Below are positions 34,719 to 47,725 of a stretch of DNA of 50,853 nucleotides, piece by piece. Made by a program: the position numbers and the translations under genes. Below the pieces are notes generated by a model, which saw only the letters and a list, made by a program, of their open reading frames with translations, was not told the DNA's origin and ran no database searches. Origin of the DNA: Octopus sinensis (taxonomy: Eukaryota). Each line of letters opens with the position of its first letter. Positions within the stretch are counted from its first letter, which is position 1. The stretch covers positions 1-50,853 of the forward strand of contig NW_021834182.1 of the NCBI RefSeq assembly GCF_006345805.1, given 5' to 3'.

Positions 34719-35098
34719 GGAGGCGCAATGGCCCAGTGGTTAGGGCAGCGGACTCGCGGTCAAAGGATCGCGGTTTCGATTCCTAGACCGGGCGTTGTGA
34801 GTGTTTATTGAGCGAAAACACCTAAAGCTCCACGAGGCTCCGGCGGGGATGGTGGTGATCCCTGCTGTACTCTTTCACCACAACTTTCTCTCACTCTTAC
34901 TTCCTGTTTCTGTTGTACCTGTATTTCAAAGGGCTGGCCTTGTCACTCTCTGTGTCACGCTGAATATCTCCGAGAACTACGTTAAGGGTACACGTGTCTG
35001 TGGAGTGCTCAGCCACTTACACGTTAATTTCACGAGCAGGCTGTTCTGTTGATCGGATCAACCGGAACCCTCGTCGTCGTAACCGACGGAGTGCTTCC
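34719..35098 (+). mobile_element. Young OR1-like SINE with an 11-bp TSD
   Basis: TSD atacgttatac at 34708-34718 and 35099-35109. Confidence 0.94.
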
Positions 35099-35333
35099 AT
35101 ACGTTATACAGTATGTTAGTTTTGTATTTCTACATCCTGAGATAAAATACAAACTGAGACAACTTAATCTATGTCTCCTTTAAACACAATAAAAAAACGT
35201 TGTGCAGTGAAAAAAAAATCACACATTAGAAGTTGACAAACGTTTAAAGAGCAAATATACGGAGTGCACCAGTTCCAAAAATGATAGTAATTTGAAAAGG
35301 GAACATAAAACATAGCTACCTGAAGACACCAGT

Positions 35334-35722
35334 GGATGGAAGCACTCCGTCGGTTACGACGACGAGGGTTCCGGTTGATCCGAATCAACGGAACAGCCTG
35401 CTCGTAAAATTAACGTGTAAGTGGCTGAGCACTCCACAGACACGTGTACCCTTAACGTAGTTCTCGGGGATATTCAGCGTGACACAGAGAGTGACAAGGC
35501 CAGCCCTTTGAAATACAGGTACAACAGAAACAGGAAGTAAGAGTGAGAGAAAGTTGTGGTGAAAGAGTACAGCAGGGATCACCACCACCCCCTGCCGGAG
35601 CCTCGTGGAGCTTTAGGTGTTTTCGCTCAATAAACACTCACAACGCCCGGTCTGGGAATCGAAACCGCGATCCTATGACCGCGAGTCCGTTGCCCTAACC
35701 ACTGGGCCATTGCGCCTCCACT
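35334..35722 (-). mobile_element. Young OR1-like SINE with an 11-bp TSD
   Basis: TSD aagacaccagt at 35323-35333 and 35723-35733. Confidence 0.94.
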
Positions 35723-35809
35723 AAGACACCAGTACCACCTCTCTAACTTCGCTAGCTAATACGTTAAGAGATGAGTAGAGCTAATTAGATTAACTGCGTC
35801 CCCAAAGTC

Positions 35810-35940
35810 CATCCCCTCCTCACCGTGGTGGGGACGCTGGCAACGGGTAGTGTCAGAGCTATGCCGTCGGGAACTTCGGTTCCTGGTAGGGCCACCCAAG
35901 GCGGATTGGTCTGGCACCGAGTGGTATTAGGGCCACAACC
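35810..35940 (+). mobile_element. Possible RTE 5'-UTR fragment
   Basis: ctatgccg...cctggtagggccacccaaggcgga resembles the RTE/BovB-type 5' region (recalled similarity only). Confidence 0.4.
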
Positions 35941-36119
35941 CGGCAGACACATTTATCAAGTGTCACAATGCAAAAGTATTGAGATCAGATCAGGAGTAAA
36001 ACAGACAGGAGGACAACTGCCGAAGTGAATTTACAGTAGAATTGCAGGCTGATACTTTGTAGAAGGAAATGTATGTAATTTGCATCATTACGGCAATCAG
36101 TGACTCTTAAAGATACATA

Positions 36120-36549
36120 GGCGTAGGAGTGGCTGTGTGGTAAGTAGCTTGTTTACGAACCACATGGTTCCGGGTTCAGTCACACTGCGTGGCATCTTGG
36201 GCAAGTGTCTTCTACTATAGTCTCGGGCCAACCAAAGCCTTGTGAGTGGATTTGGTAGACGGAAACTAAAAGAAGCCTGTCGTATATGTGTATAATATAT
36301 GTGTATGTGTGTGTGTATATGTTTGTGTATCTGTGTCTGTGTTTGAACCTGCCAACATCACTTGGCAACTGATGCTGGTGTGTTTACGTCCCCGTAACTT
36401 AGCGGTTCGGCAAAAGAGACCGATAGATTAAGTACTAGGCTTACAAAGAACAAGTCCTGGGGTCGATTTGCTCGACTAAAGGCGGTGCTCCAGCATGGCC
36501 ACAGTCAAATGACTGAAACAAGTAAAAGAGTAAAAGAGTAAAAAGAGTA
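36120..36549 (+). mobile_element. Full-length family K SINE
   Basis: Colinear with 9721-10157. Confidence 0.92.
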
Positions 36550-37119
36550 TGGCGCGAATAATACTCAGAAAATTACCTTCAATAATACACCAGCTCCTTC
36601 CGTCATAGCCACGTACAAGATAAAGGAAATTATATATCCTTAGTATGGTTGTGTAGCTAAAAGGTTCGCTTCCATGTGGTTTCGGCTTCAGTCATACTGC
36701 ACGGTACTTTGTACTTAGGACAAGGGCCTTCAACTGTTGCTTACGGTGAAGTCAACCAATGATTTATAGGGGAATTTAGTAGATAGAAACTGTATGCAAA
36801 CCCGTCGAACTCTTTCTCCACGCTCACACACACACTCACACACACATATTTATGTAGGTATATCTATATGTGTCTGTGTCTGTGTATGTGTATGCGTGTA
36901 TTTATGCCTTCGTGTTTCTATTTCTTTCTCCACTATCTGTTTCAGTTTGTTTATATCTCTGTAATCAAGCAATTTAGCAAAAGGAGCTAATAGAACAAAC
37001 ACCAGACTTAAAATAGGCAGTAGGTTGATTTGCTTCAGTAAGCACACCAGGGCAGTGCTCCAGTATGGCCGCAGTCCTATGACAAGGAAAAGATAGGAAT
37101 ATATAAAAGATAGGATATA

Positions 37120-37159
<40 letters not shown>

Positions 37160-37259
37160 GCTAATTCAAACATGAACAAAGAGAAAACACAACAACACGA
37201 GGACGTGGAACAAGTATAATGTTCTTGGACGCTCAGGAAAGGAAAGAGAGAGGATTTAA

Positions 37260-37321
<62 letters not shown>

Positions 37322-38382
37322 GTATGTATGTATGTACGTATGTATGTGTGTATGTATGCATATATGTATGTATGTATGTATATATAAGTCCAAGAAGTCT
37401 TTACAGCATGTTCAAGAGTAGCAGCAGGCATCTCATTATAAAAGCTGCACAGTGTAATAGAAATAAATGACAAAAACAAAGACAATAACTCCTCAGAACA
37501 AACAGAAGAAAATAGAACAAAAAATATATAAAAACGCATCTGCTAATAAACATTGAAAGAAGAAAATCAAGGGAAGCCAACGGAAACTGTAAAACTCCAG
37601 GCAGAGAGAAAAAAAATCTGCATAAAGGAAGCATAAATATTATGAAAAGAAGTCATTCTAGTATTCCGTACTAGATTGATTTAAAAAGACAAAAAAGATA
37701 AAGAAATTAATCTACGATGATATGTTTGTACCCTTCCCCCACCACATAAAGTCAAATTTAGCACTTGGAGCTGCGTATTCTATCTATGGAACACCGGAAT
37801 GATGCTTTATGGTGACTATAGCAGGCGTTAATTCAGACAGGTAGAGTAATTTAGTAGTAGTGAGTTAGTTGGGAGAGCAAGACGTTACAGTTGCTCATTT
37901 TATTAGGTTTGGTCTAAAATCTAGACGATCCTGGTTCAAAACAACCTGAAGTTGACATTTGAAATTTGGGTTTCCTACATGGACAGATGATAATTACTTC
38001 TTTTTTTATCTATTATATTTTAATCTATTATTATTGTATCTCTTATCTATTCATTTTATCTACTATTTTTATCTATTATCTGATCGAGAAGAACAATCCT
38101 TATAGGCAAACCAGTAATGACCAACAGAAATTTAAAAGCAACAACAGCCATATTAACTTAATGTGGGAGACTTTACTGCTGTTTCTAACATGTCGAACAA
38201 AAATATCAAGTTTTTACATCGTGTCTCATGTCCCTCGCAGATCAACTAAGTACAGGGAGAAAACCTACCAGGGTAACACTCATTCCTTTCAACAAAACAT
38301 TTCTTGCTATCTAAGATACATACACAATACATACATACATACATACATACATACATACATACATACATACATACATACATAC

Positions 38383-38423
<41 letters not shown>

Positions 38424-38840
38424 TTTTCTCAAAACAACTTCTCCGACAGTCCCATAGGCCTCCCCTTGAGAAACACTGATTTAACCTAAATTTGAGACAC
38501 CGTGCATTTTTCTCGCGTACACGGAGAATCGATCACAACAGCTGATCTACTTGCGCGTACAAATGCACGTTCCGACGGCTTTATCGATCGCATTCTCACT
38601 TGGAATCGATTTTTATAATTTTTTCAAGACTTATACATGCACTGATACCGTCGGTATCTACATATCAAATTTGTGCTCAATCGGATGGAGGATGCCCGAG
38701 ATCCTATATATATACAGAGAGAGAGAGAGAGAGAGTTGAAATTTACAGAAAAACAAAAGACGAAGGCAGGTGTACAAACAACAAACAGGTGTATTACTTT
38801 GACGTTCTGTAAGGCGAGAAAATCTTTTAAAAACTAAGGC

Positions 38841-38911
38841 CGGTTACTGATGAGAATTCGCCGAGCAAATTATCTTATTTGCTAAAGAAATTTGAAATCT
38901 AGGTATAACCG
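38841..38911 (+). ncRNA. Minimal type I hammerhead ribozyme candidate with complete core
   Basis: Stem I cggtta/taaccg (6 bp); CTGATGA at 38847-38853; extended stem II including agcaaat/atttgct; GAAA at 38894-38897; stem III AT-ctag-GT; cleavage triplet GTA, cut after 38905. Confidence 0.7.
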
Positions 38912-39152
38912 CAAAAAATAACAAGGTAAAAGTTTTTATTTTTCATTTCCTTCGAAAATTGCTATTAAATGTGGTTTTCGTCGTTTTGGCTGCTTCTTCT
39001 AGCGTATAAAATTACCTGTTAAAGGGTAGTTTTCTCTTGTGTTTAAATGTACACTATTTTCTATTGAATATGTTGTCTATTGACTACTTATACATGCTAG
39101 ACCACTGGTGGTGATATTTCTAGGAATATTCGCTACCCTATATAAGTATCTT

Positions 39153-39191
<39 letters not shown>

Positions 39192-40057
39192 TAGATAGAT
39201 AGATAGATAGATAGACAGATAGGTAGATAGATAGATAGATAGACAAATATTCAGTTTTGTGGGGATCAAAATGAAAGTTAAAACTCCATTTTAATTCTTT
39301 TGGAAATCTTGAATATTTCAAGTAGAATCGGAAAAGTAAAAGTACGACAATAAACCTTATATTTGTAATTACTGTGTTCCATACTAAATTTATAAAAAAA
39401 AAAACACGAAAGGAAAGGACTAGTAGCAAGACATTTGGCTCATTTTTTGCATCTCTCTTTGCTTACATCATTACGATCCCATAATAATAATAATAATAAT
39501 AATAATAATATCAGAAACAAGAAAAAATGCCACAACGCCGTATTTAGATCTTGGAGGCTGTGTATATTCTATCTATGGAACGCCGCAAAAATATTTTATG
39601 GTGTTTTGTAGGAAACATAAATTTGGATAGGTTTATAATTTAATACCGTCTTCCTTCTTATAACGCAAACTCTTTGTATGTATGTGTGTGTGTGCGTTGT
39701 GTGTTTGTGTATGCATGTGTGTGCATGTGAGTGTATGTGTGTGTGTGTGTGTATGTGTGTGTGTTGCTTCATTCTTTTTTTATCAAGGAATTTCTAGCCT
39801 ATGCCGCTTCACGGTTGAAATAGAAAATGAGGAATAAACACTAAAACGAAATAAATGAATATAAACTTTGGCTCGACCAAGTAATTTGCCAGTAATTTAT
39901 TCGGAGGTGTCTTTATGGTTTATATTCCTTCGCTCTTTGTTCTTGAGTTTGTATTGTATGTTATGTTAACTATTTTTTTTTTTGCTACTTCAGTTTTTTC
40001 TAAATATTTTATTGTATTATATCATAATGTTACGCTTTATTGAATAATATACGGCAA

Positions 40058-40675
40058 GTCGGTGAGCAGGCAAAAACGATAACACGCCAAGCAAAACGGT
40101 TAACAGAATTTTATTCAACTTTACGTTCAGCGTTCAAATTCCGCCGAGATCGACTATACCTTTCGTCGTTTCGGGGCCTATAAGTTAAGTACCAGTTGAT
40201 TACTGGGGTCGATGTAAATCGAATAGCTGCCCCACACTCAAAATTTTGAACCTTGTTCCGATAGTAGAAAGCATTGCGTAGTTTTCAATATCATTGCATC
40301 AAATCATATTGATTTCAAATTTTGTCACAAGGCCAGCAATTTCGGGGTAGGGTGTAAGTCGATTACATCGACACTAGTGCTCAATTGGTAGTAATTTTAA
40401 TAGCCCTGAAAGAATAAAAAGGCAAAGTCTACCACGGCGGAATTTGAACTCAGAATGTAAAGACGGACGAAATGCAGCTAAGCATTTTTCCGTGCGTGCT
40501 AACGATTCTGCCACCACATCGCTTTTATTGAATATTATTATATTGTTACTTTATATTGGTTTCAAATTTTGGCACAAGGCCAGCAATTCCAGAAAGGAGA
40601 CGAGTCGATTACATCGCCCCCCCCCCCAGTGTTCAACAGGTACTCATTTTTGTCGACCCCGAAAGAATGGTAATC
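40058..40675. mobile_element. Three family M SINEs (plus 40058-40272; minus ~40315-40515 and ~40558-40675)
   Basis: Core and tail motifs (ttcggggtc, gtaccag, gtgccaaaatttgaaa) occur in both orientations. Confidence 0.8.
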
Positions 40676-40694
40676 ATTAAGGCGGGATGTAAAG

Positions 40695-40938
40695 CTTTTT
40701 CCTTGAGTCCTGCTTACTCATAAGGACCGGTTTCCTGACTTCCATGGCATATATATTCGCTGCCTGGTCTGGGCCCTGGTCTATCGCAGAATTACTCATT
40801 TTTACCAGCTGAGGGGACAGGAGCAACGTGAAATGAAGTGTTTTGCTCAAGAACACAACGCGTCGCCCGATCTAGGAAGCGAAACCACAATCTTACGGTC
40901 ATGACTCCAACTCCCTAACCACTAAGCTACCCGCCTCC
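40695..40938 (-). mobile_element. CORE-type SINE with a different 3' tail
   Basis: Minus-strand head gcgggtagcttagtggttaggg, then gtgttcttgagcaaaacacttcatttcacgttgctcc...cagctggtaaaaatgag. The tail differs from 13865-14178. Confidence 0.75.
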
Positions 40939-40969
40939 ACTATTAAGGCGGCGAGAGATCAACTTTTTG

Positions 40970-41431
40970 TTTCAGAATGAGATAAGAATCCAAGGCTGTG
41001 ATGATTTTAGAACATTTATTAATAGGTCTTACAGCTGTTTCCGGGATATTTTTTATATCCCTTCATAGGAGACGGTGTGGGAAGATGATTAAGAAATAGT
41101 TAATTTAGATAAGATATAAAATAGAGAGTGAAGTAGAGGAATGAAAATAGATGTGAGATATGCAGGGATATTGCATTTGCAGATCCGTTATTTAGGTAGA
41201 ATGGTACACATATAAGATCTATAGATGCAATATCCTTGCATATCTCACATCTATTTTTTCATTCCTCCACTTCACTCTCTATTTCATATCTTATCTAAAT
41301 TAACTATTGCTTAACCCTTTTCTCACACCGTCTCCGATAAAGAGATATAACAATTATCCCGGAAACAGCTGTAAGACCTTCTATTTATTCTAAATTCTTT
41401 CACAGCCTTGGATTTTTATCGCATTCTGAAA
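40970..41431. mobile_element. Long fold-back element (two ~216-bp inverted arms, 30-nt spacer), each arm with a hammerhead-type motif
   Basis: 40970-41185 and 41216-41431 are reverse-complementary. Motif gtct-c(c/t)gat(a/g)a-a-gggata..tatccc-ggaaacagctgta-agac at 41330-41377 (+) and 41026-41073 (-). Confidence 0.8.
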
Positions 41432-41589
41432 AAAATTTTTTTTATATATACACGTGGTGATATGACCTACGCTGGACTCCTCATTCGCATAATCACCGAA
41501 CCTGGAGCTTAACTGTAGTCTGTCCATAGCACTTACTCAGCATTACCTGACACCTTTGGGTTTTATTGACATCATTACCTCTCATAACC

Positions 41590-41591
41590 TT

Positions 41592-41643
<52 letters not shown>

Positions 41644-42052
41644 CATACATATACTTATAATATATATATATACATATACATATATACTAATAATATATAT
41701 ATATATATATACCTTCTCTTAACTGTTTTGGGTATATATATATATATATACCAAAAGCAGTTAAGAGTATGTATATATATATTATACGACGGGCGCCTGT
41801 GTCTGTGTGTATATATATATATACACACACATAAATACATACATACATACATACATACATACATACATACACACATACATACATATACACATACATACAT
41901 ACACACACACACACACAAACACACACACATACATACATACATACATACATACATGCATACATACATACATACATACATACATACATACATACATACATAC
42001 ATACATACATACATACATACATACATACATACATACATACATACATACATAC
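41590..42052. repeat. (CT)n, (TA)n and long (TACA)n arrays
   Basis: Directly visible. Confidence 0.95.
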
Positions 42053-42834
42053 GTGCACGCGGGAGTGTGGTGGCATATGGTTTAAGTATGGTCAGAGCCG
42101 GAAACTGCTCGAGTCATTGTTGAATTTAATGCTACTTCTTTGAGTGTATACATATACGTATTTTTGTATGATGTGTGCGTGTCTGTCTCTGTGTGTGTGT
42201 CCATGTGTGTGCGTGTGTATGTGTGTCTTTATGTGAGTATGTGTTCGTGCGACTTTGAGTATATGTGTATATGTGTGTCTTTAGTCTTATTTATTTAACA
42301 CAATGTTTCTTCTAAAAATCTATTTTCCGTCTCTCTCTCCCTCTCTCTATTACAATCTCACTTCCTCTCTAGCTCTTGTTTTCTCCCCTTGTCTACCGCT
42401 CTGTCTGTCTCTCTCTCTCTCTGTTTGTCATTCTTTCTCTCTTTCTCCCCTTCTCTGTCAACATTCCAAAACTAAACATTTATCTATGTGCGTGTCTGTC
42501 AATGCATCTAACACCTCATCTATTTCACTTCCCCACATCCCCTTAGCTACACACGTGAACTCACCTCGAACTTTAAATATGCTTTTACTTTCACTTCACG
42601 TAACCTGTAAAGGTCGCCTTTCAGCAAATGTCCTTCATCATTCGTCTTAATCAATCTTTCTTACCCGCAGGTCAATGTCACCGATTTGCTTTAACCTGTG
42701 ATCTGTAATTGCCAAAATCTCCGATGACCACACACACATTACGTTCAATTGTGTAACACGGTGATTCGCTATTACACGTCTAACCATACATGCAATACGA
42801 CAGATGATGATAGCGCAGCAGTCGATAGTTCTAC

Positions 42835-43000
42835 TGCTGCTGCTGCTGCTGATGATGATGATGAAGATGATGATAATGATGATGATGATAATGATGATGA
42901 TCAGTATTAAACTTTTCTTTAAAAATGTGTTAAATATTGATATCAGATACTTACACTTCAGCTATACATAAGACACACGCAATGACTGAAGAATAGGTAC

Positions 43001-43072
<72 letters not shown>

Positions 43073-43075
43073 GTA

Positions 43076-43155
<80 letters not shown>

Positions 43156-43244
43156 ATATAATATATATATATACCAGCATTAAAAAAGATAGACAAAAAG
43201 GAAGAAAGGAAGATAGATAGATAGATAAACAGACAGATAGATAA

Positions 43245-43342
<98 letters not shown>
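42835..43342. repeat. (GAT)n, (TATC)n, (CT)n, (TA)n and (GATA)n arrays
   Basis: Directly visible. Confidence 0.92.
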
Positions 43343-43343
<1 letters not shown>

Positions 43344-43769
43344 CGAAAGGCACTTTTAAAGAAAATATAGTTAATATTTCAAAATATTGTTCCACAGATA
43401 TTTCGAGGGGAAACATGTTGAAATTAACAGCTGAATGATCGGAAACATGTAGCTCGGAGTACTGGGATTATGAGTTTTTCAGTTGGAATGTATTCAAGAA
43501 CGCTTTGTACTTACGCATCGGGCTCCGTGATTTATCACTTCTCGGTGAATCTGTATGTGTGTGTGTGTGTGTGTGTGTTCGGACACATAATAGGAGTTGG
43601 AAATAAGTGATTTCTGCTTATACTTAATATACATGTGCCACGCACGAAACTCTCGGACCTTGAGACGCTTTGTTGCTTCTGCTAAATATTAACAAAAATA
43701 TACACATATGCAAGCGTTGCTGTGCTTACTTTTCAACCACATCAGTGTAAAAAGCACTAAGTCTATTCT

Positions 43770-43925
43770 GCTGAGTGGTTGGTGTTAAGAAGGGCATCCA
43801 GCTGTAAAAATCCTGCCAAAACATTCACAGAAGTCTGTTGTAGGCTTCACCTTGGCCGGCTCTTGTGGTACCGTCCCACACATTCTAGCATGAACACGGA
43901 CGTTAACGATGATGATGATGATGAT
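43770..43925 (+). mobile_element. 3' part of a SINE with a (GAT)n tail
   Basis: aagaagggcatccagctgtaaaaa...agcatgaacacggacgttaacgatgatgat, a common SINE/RTE-related 3' pattern. Confidence 0.55.
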
Positions 43926-43979
43926 ATATATATGTGTGTTGTATATACATACACATGTATATATATGTATATATTATAT

Positions 43980-44013
<34 letters not shown>

Positions 44014-44134
44014 AAATATATATACATACATATATAATATATATATATATATATATTATATAATATAGATACACCATATTTTATACAACATAGATACACA
44101 CCCTTGTATCTTTCTCATTCTCTCTTTATTTCTT

Positions 44135-44169
<35 letters not shown>

Positions 44170-45807
44170 ATAATGAGACAGCTGACGGTGTCTCCGAAGT
44201 TTTGACTTGATTCCTCTCATCAAACAGTGATATCGGCGAGCCAGCCGATACTTCAAGGCCACTGTCAAAATTTCCATTTTAATAACTTGATCCACAAGCA
44301 GCCCACTAAAACACTTTCAACTCAATGTTAAATTGCTTCATAAATAACTTGATATAAAAATATATACATGGATACATACGCGCGCAAACGCAAACACGCT
44401 TGTGTTTATGTATGTGTGCGTGTATATATATATACATATATATATGGACATTCATACGCACATGCATACGTCCTCATACATGTATGTATCCATGCATATA
44501 TATCTGCGTGTGCCTATGTGTTTGTGCTTCTGTCTTAAGGTACCTCGATGATCCGATTTTTCATGCTTCTGTTGCAACCTGTCTATGCCCTAGTGATCTA
44601 GAGATTTACAACTCAAGGCAATGAGATACCTGCCAGTCATTATACAATTCATGCTCCACAAAGATTAACGGACAAACACGCTCACACGCATTTAACCAGT
44701 TTGTTTCTTACCGTTTCTGTTTAATTTTTTACTTGTTTTTCTGTCTCTGTCTCTCTCACTGTCTCTGCCTGTGTTACCTTGTTTAGGCACACAATGTGTT
44801 GATATTATTAAAGCGTTGGTTCTCTTCATACCAATTCGTGTAACACCTGACGTCACGATACTGTAATAGAAAAAAATGTGTAGCAGCGTTTATTTCCCAA
44901 CAGTATTTGAAATCGTAATTGCTTCTGACAACGATGGTGTCCATTTTGTTTCAGTTGTTTTTTTTTTCCCATTATGTTGTAGACTTACTTTAAAATTATG
45001 TAGTAGGAGTGGTTGTTGATGTTGTTATTGGTGTTCTTGCTGCTGTAGTTAATAATGATAATGGTGGTGATGGAGATGGAGGCAATAAGGGTAATAACAA
45101 TAATGGTCATCATGTTGTTGATAAAGATGATGATTTCGGCAACAACAACGACATCAACAATGATGAAGATGGTAATGTTGATGAAGATGATGATGTTATG
45201 ATAGTAATGATGATGCTTAATACTCTGCTATGGACCTCAATGTTTGGATATACCGCGTTACTATTGCGCTTTTATAGAGTTTATTGGCTTTAGCAGCAGT
45301 ATTCTGAGAGATACTGCTTGAAGCGTCGATATTTGGTGAAGATCTCCGATCTGCAATTTCGTTAGTTTGCAAATTTGTAACATTTGTGTTTTTTACTGTG
45401 CCATTTTTTTCCTTCAGATATGCTTGCCCACAACGATTTGGTCAGTTCTCAGAAATCTTACTATAATATCAAACTATTTAATAATGTATCAAAATTTCCT
45501 CACTTCCGCAAGTAATTGTTATAGCACTAGACGATCGTATTATTGCTTGTTTAGAATTTATATTCTCTGTTTTCTACCTGAAATTTAATAGAAACACCTG
45601 ATTTTACTCCAATACATGACAAAGTACTCAGTGGTACACTAAAATATTCAAATCATTACATGTTCATTCTCATTTTAAAGTCGTCTCTAAATTCTCATCA
45701 CCCTTCCTTAAGTCGTATAACTTTTAAAATCATTTTTCTTATACATTCAATTTGTTTTAGTTTTTAATATTCCAAGGGAAATAACTCACAACTAGTAATG
45801 TTTATGT

Positions 45808-46125
45808 GAAGATGCATGGCCCAGTAGTTAAGGTACTCGGCTTGAGATTGTAAGATCCTGTGTTCGATTCCCTGCGGTGCATTGTATCCTTGAGCAATAC
45901 ACTTTATTTCACGTTGCTCCAGTTCACTCAGCTAACAGAAATTAGCTTTACCTATAGTACACATTTGGTGTGTCACGCTCAATCTGCCTGAGAATTATTT
46001 TAAGGATACGCAGTACGTATGTCTGTAGAGTACTCAGATGGATTGCACGTTGATTTCAAGAGCTGGCTGTTCCGTTAATTGGATCAACTGGACCGTTAGT
46101 CGTCTTAACGGACAGAGTACCACAC
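45808..46125 (+). mobile_element. Degraded OR2-like CORE SINE
   Basis: Colinear with 13865-14178. Flanking taatgtttat at 45796-45805 and 46129-46138 may be the TSD. Confidence 0.8.
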
Positions 46126-46503
46126 CAATAATGTTTATATACAATGAGGGAAGTCTCTTGAAATTTTTCTGACTCTTCCGTCAATATCGCAAAATTTACA
46201 TATTAGCACGTGTTCAGGAAAACTTGGTTGTGCTGACCAGATTGTTTCTCATATGCTGAGTATGAAACATGAGTTACCATTTATTAGCAATAATAGACTA
46301 TATCATTTCCTGATATATGTGCGCATATATTTGGGTGTACGCTTGGGTATGAGCGTATAGGTTAATATTATTGAAAATTCTCCATTTAAAATATATTCAA
46401 TTTAAAGTTCAACAGTTTCCCAATTATACCATTTTCCTTAAGGAGTTTTTTTTATATTTCAACGTGTCCTCTCTCATAATATCCCCTTTCTCTCTCCACT
46501 TTC

Positions 46504-46544
<41 letters not shown>

Positions 46545-47047
46545 GAAGGAGCTTCTACAGGACTATACTGTTTCATTCAAGAGAAATATCAATATATATA
46601 TTTCCAAAATTCTATCTGCTTAATCTATCTCTGACTCTATCATTCTCAATCCTAATTTTTTTCCTTTTACCTCACATTTATTTCACCCCTTTCACTTTTT
46701 ACAATCAATTCTTATTATTTTCCCATTTATATAACTATATTTTCCTTTAACATTTACCTTTCTCTCACTTCCTCTCTCTGTCTCTATCAATCTATCTGCC
46801 TCTCTCTCTCTCTCTTTCTACCTATCTACCTGTCTATTTAGCTCTCCACCTTTCTCACTCTCACCTTTCCCTCTCTCTCTTTTCTTTCTATGTGACTCTC
46901 CTTCACTTCCTCCCTCAAAAATAATTGTCATTTTTTTTAACCCCCGCTATGTCCCCACTAATTTCCACTACTTCCCTCTTTCACCATTTACTATAACCAC
47001 AACTACTTTGTTATTAGGCTTATTGCAAGTGTTATTATTGTTTTGAA

Positions 47048-47083
<36 letters not shown>

Positions 47084-47666
47084 TATTTTTTGTGTTATTA
47101 TGAATATTATTAACACCTTCAGTTTAGTCATCGTCACCATAATCCCCAGTATGTAAAGCTTTATTTGCATCATCTACCATTCTTCTTCTTCTTCTTCTTC
47201 TTCTTCTTCTTCTTCTTCTTCTCTTCTTCTTCTTCTTCGTCTTCTTCTTCTTCTTCTTCTTCTTCGTCTTCTTCTTCTTCTTCTTCTCTTTCTTCTTCGT
47301 CTTCTTCTTCTTCGTCTTCTTCTTCTTCTTCGTCTTCTTCTTCTTCTTCTTCTCCTCCTCCTTCTTCGTCTTCTCCTTCTTCTTCGTCTTCTTTTCCTTC
47401 TTCTTCTTCTTCTCCTTCTCCTTCTCCTTCTTCTTCGTCTTCTTCTCCTTCTTCGTCTTCTTCTCCTTCTTCGTCTTCTTCTCCTTCTTCTTCGTCTTCT
47501 CCTTCTTCGTCTTCTTTTCCTTCTTCTTCTTCTTCTTCTTCTTCTTCTCCTCCTCCTCCTTCTTCTTCGTCTTCTTCTTCTTCTTCTTCTTCTTCTTCTT
47601 CTTCTTCTTCTTCTTCTCTTCATCATCATCATTTTCTTCTTCCACTTCATCATCATCATTGTTATG

Positions 47667-47725
<59 letters not shown>
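47048..47725. repeat. (CAT)n, long (TTC/CTT)n and (TAT)n arrays
   Basis: Directly visible; the poly-K/R/S/I ORFs are artefacts. Confidence 0.95.

Noticed and set aside
38440-38730. Possible Helitron/DINE-like fragment (aaatttgtgctcaatcgg...gagatcc before a microsatellite)
   Set aside because: Termini could not be identified, so the support is insufficient.
37745-39640. Two similar ~100-bp segments (tattctatctatggaac..., at ~37760 and ~39545)
   Set aside because: Probably old fragments of an interspersed repeat; too degraded to classify.
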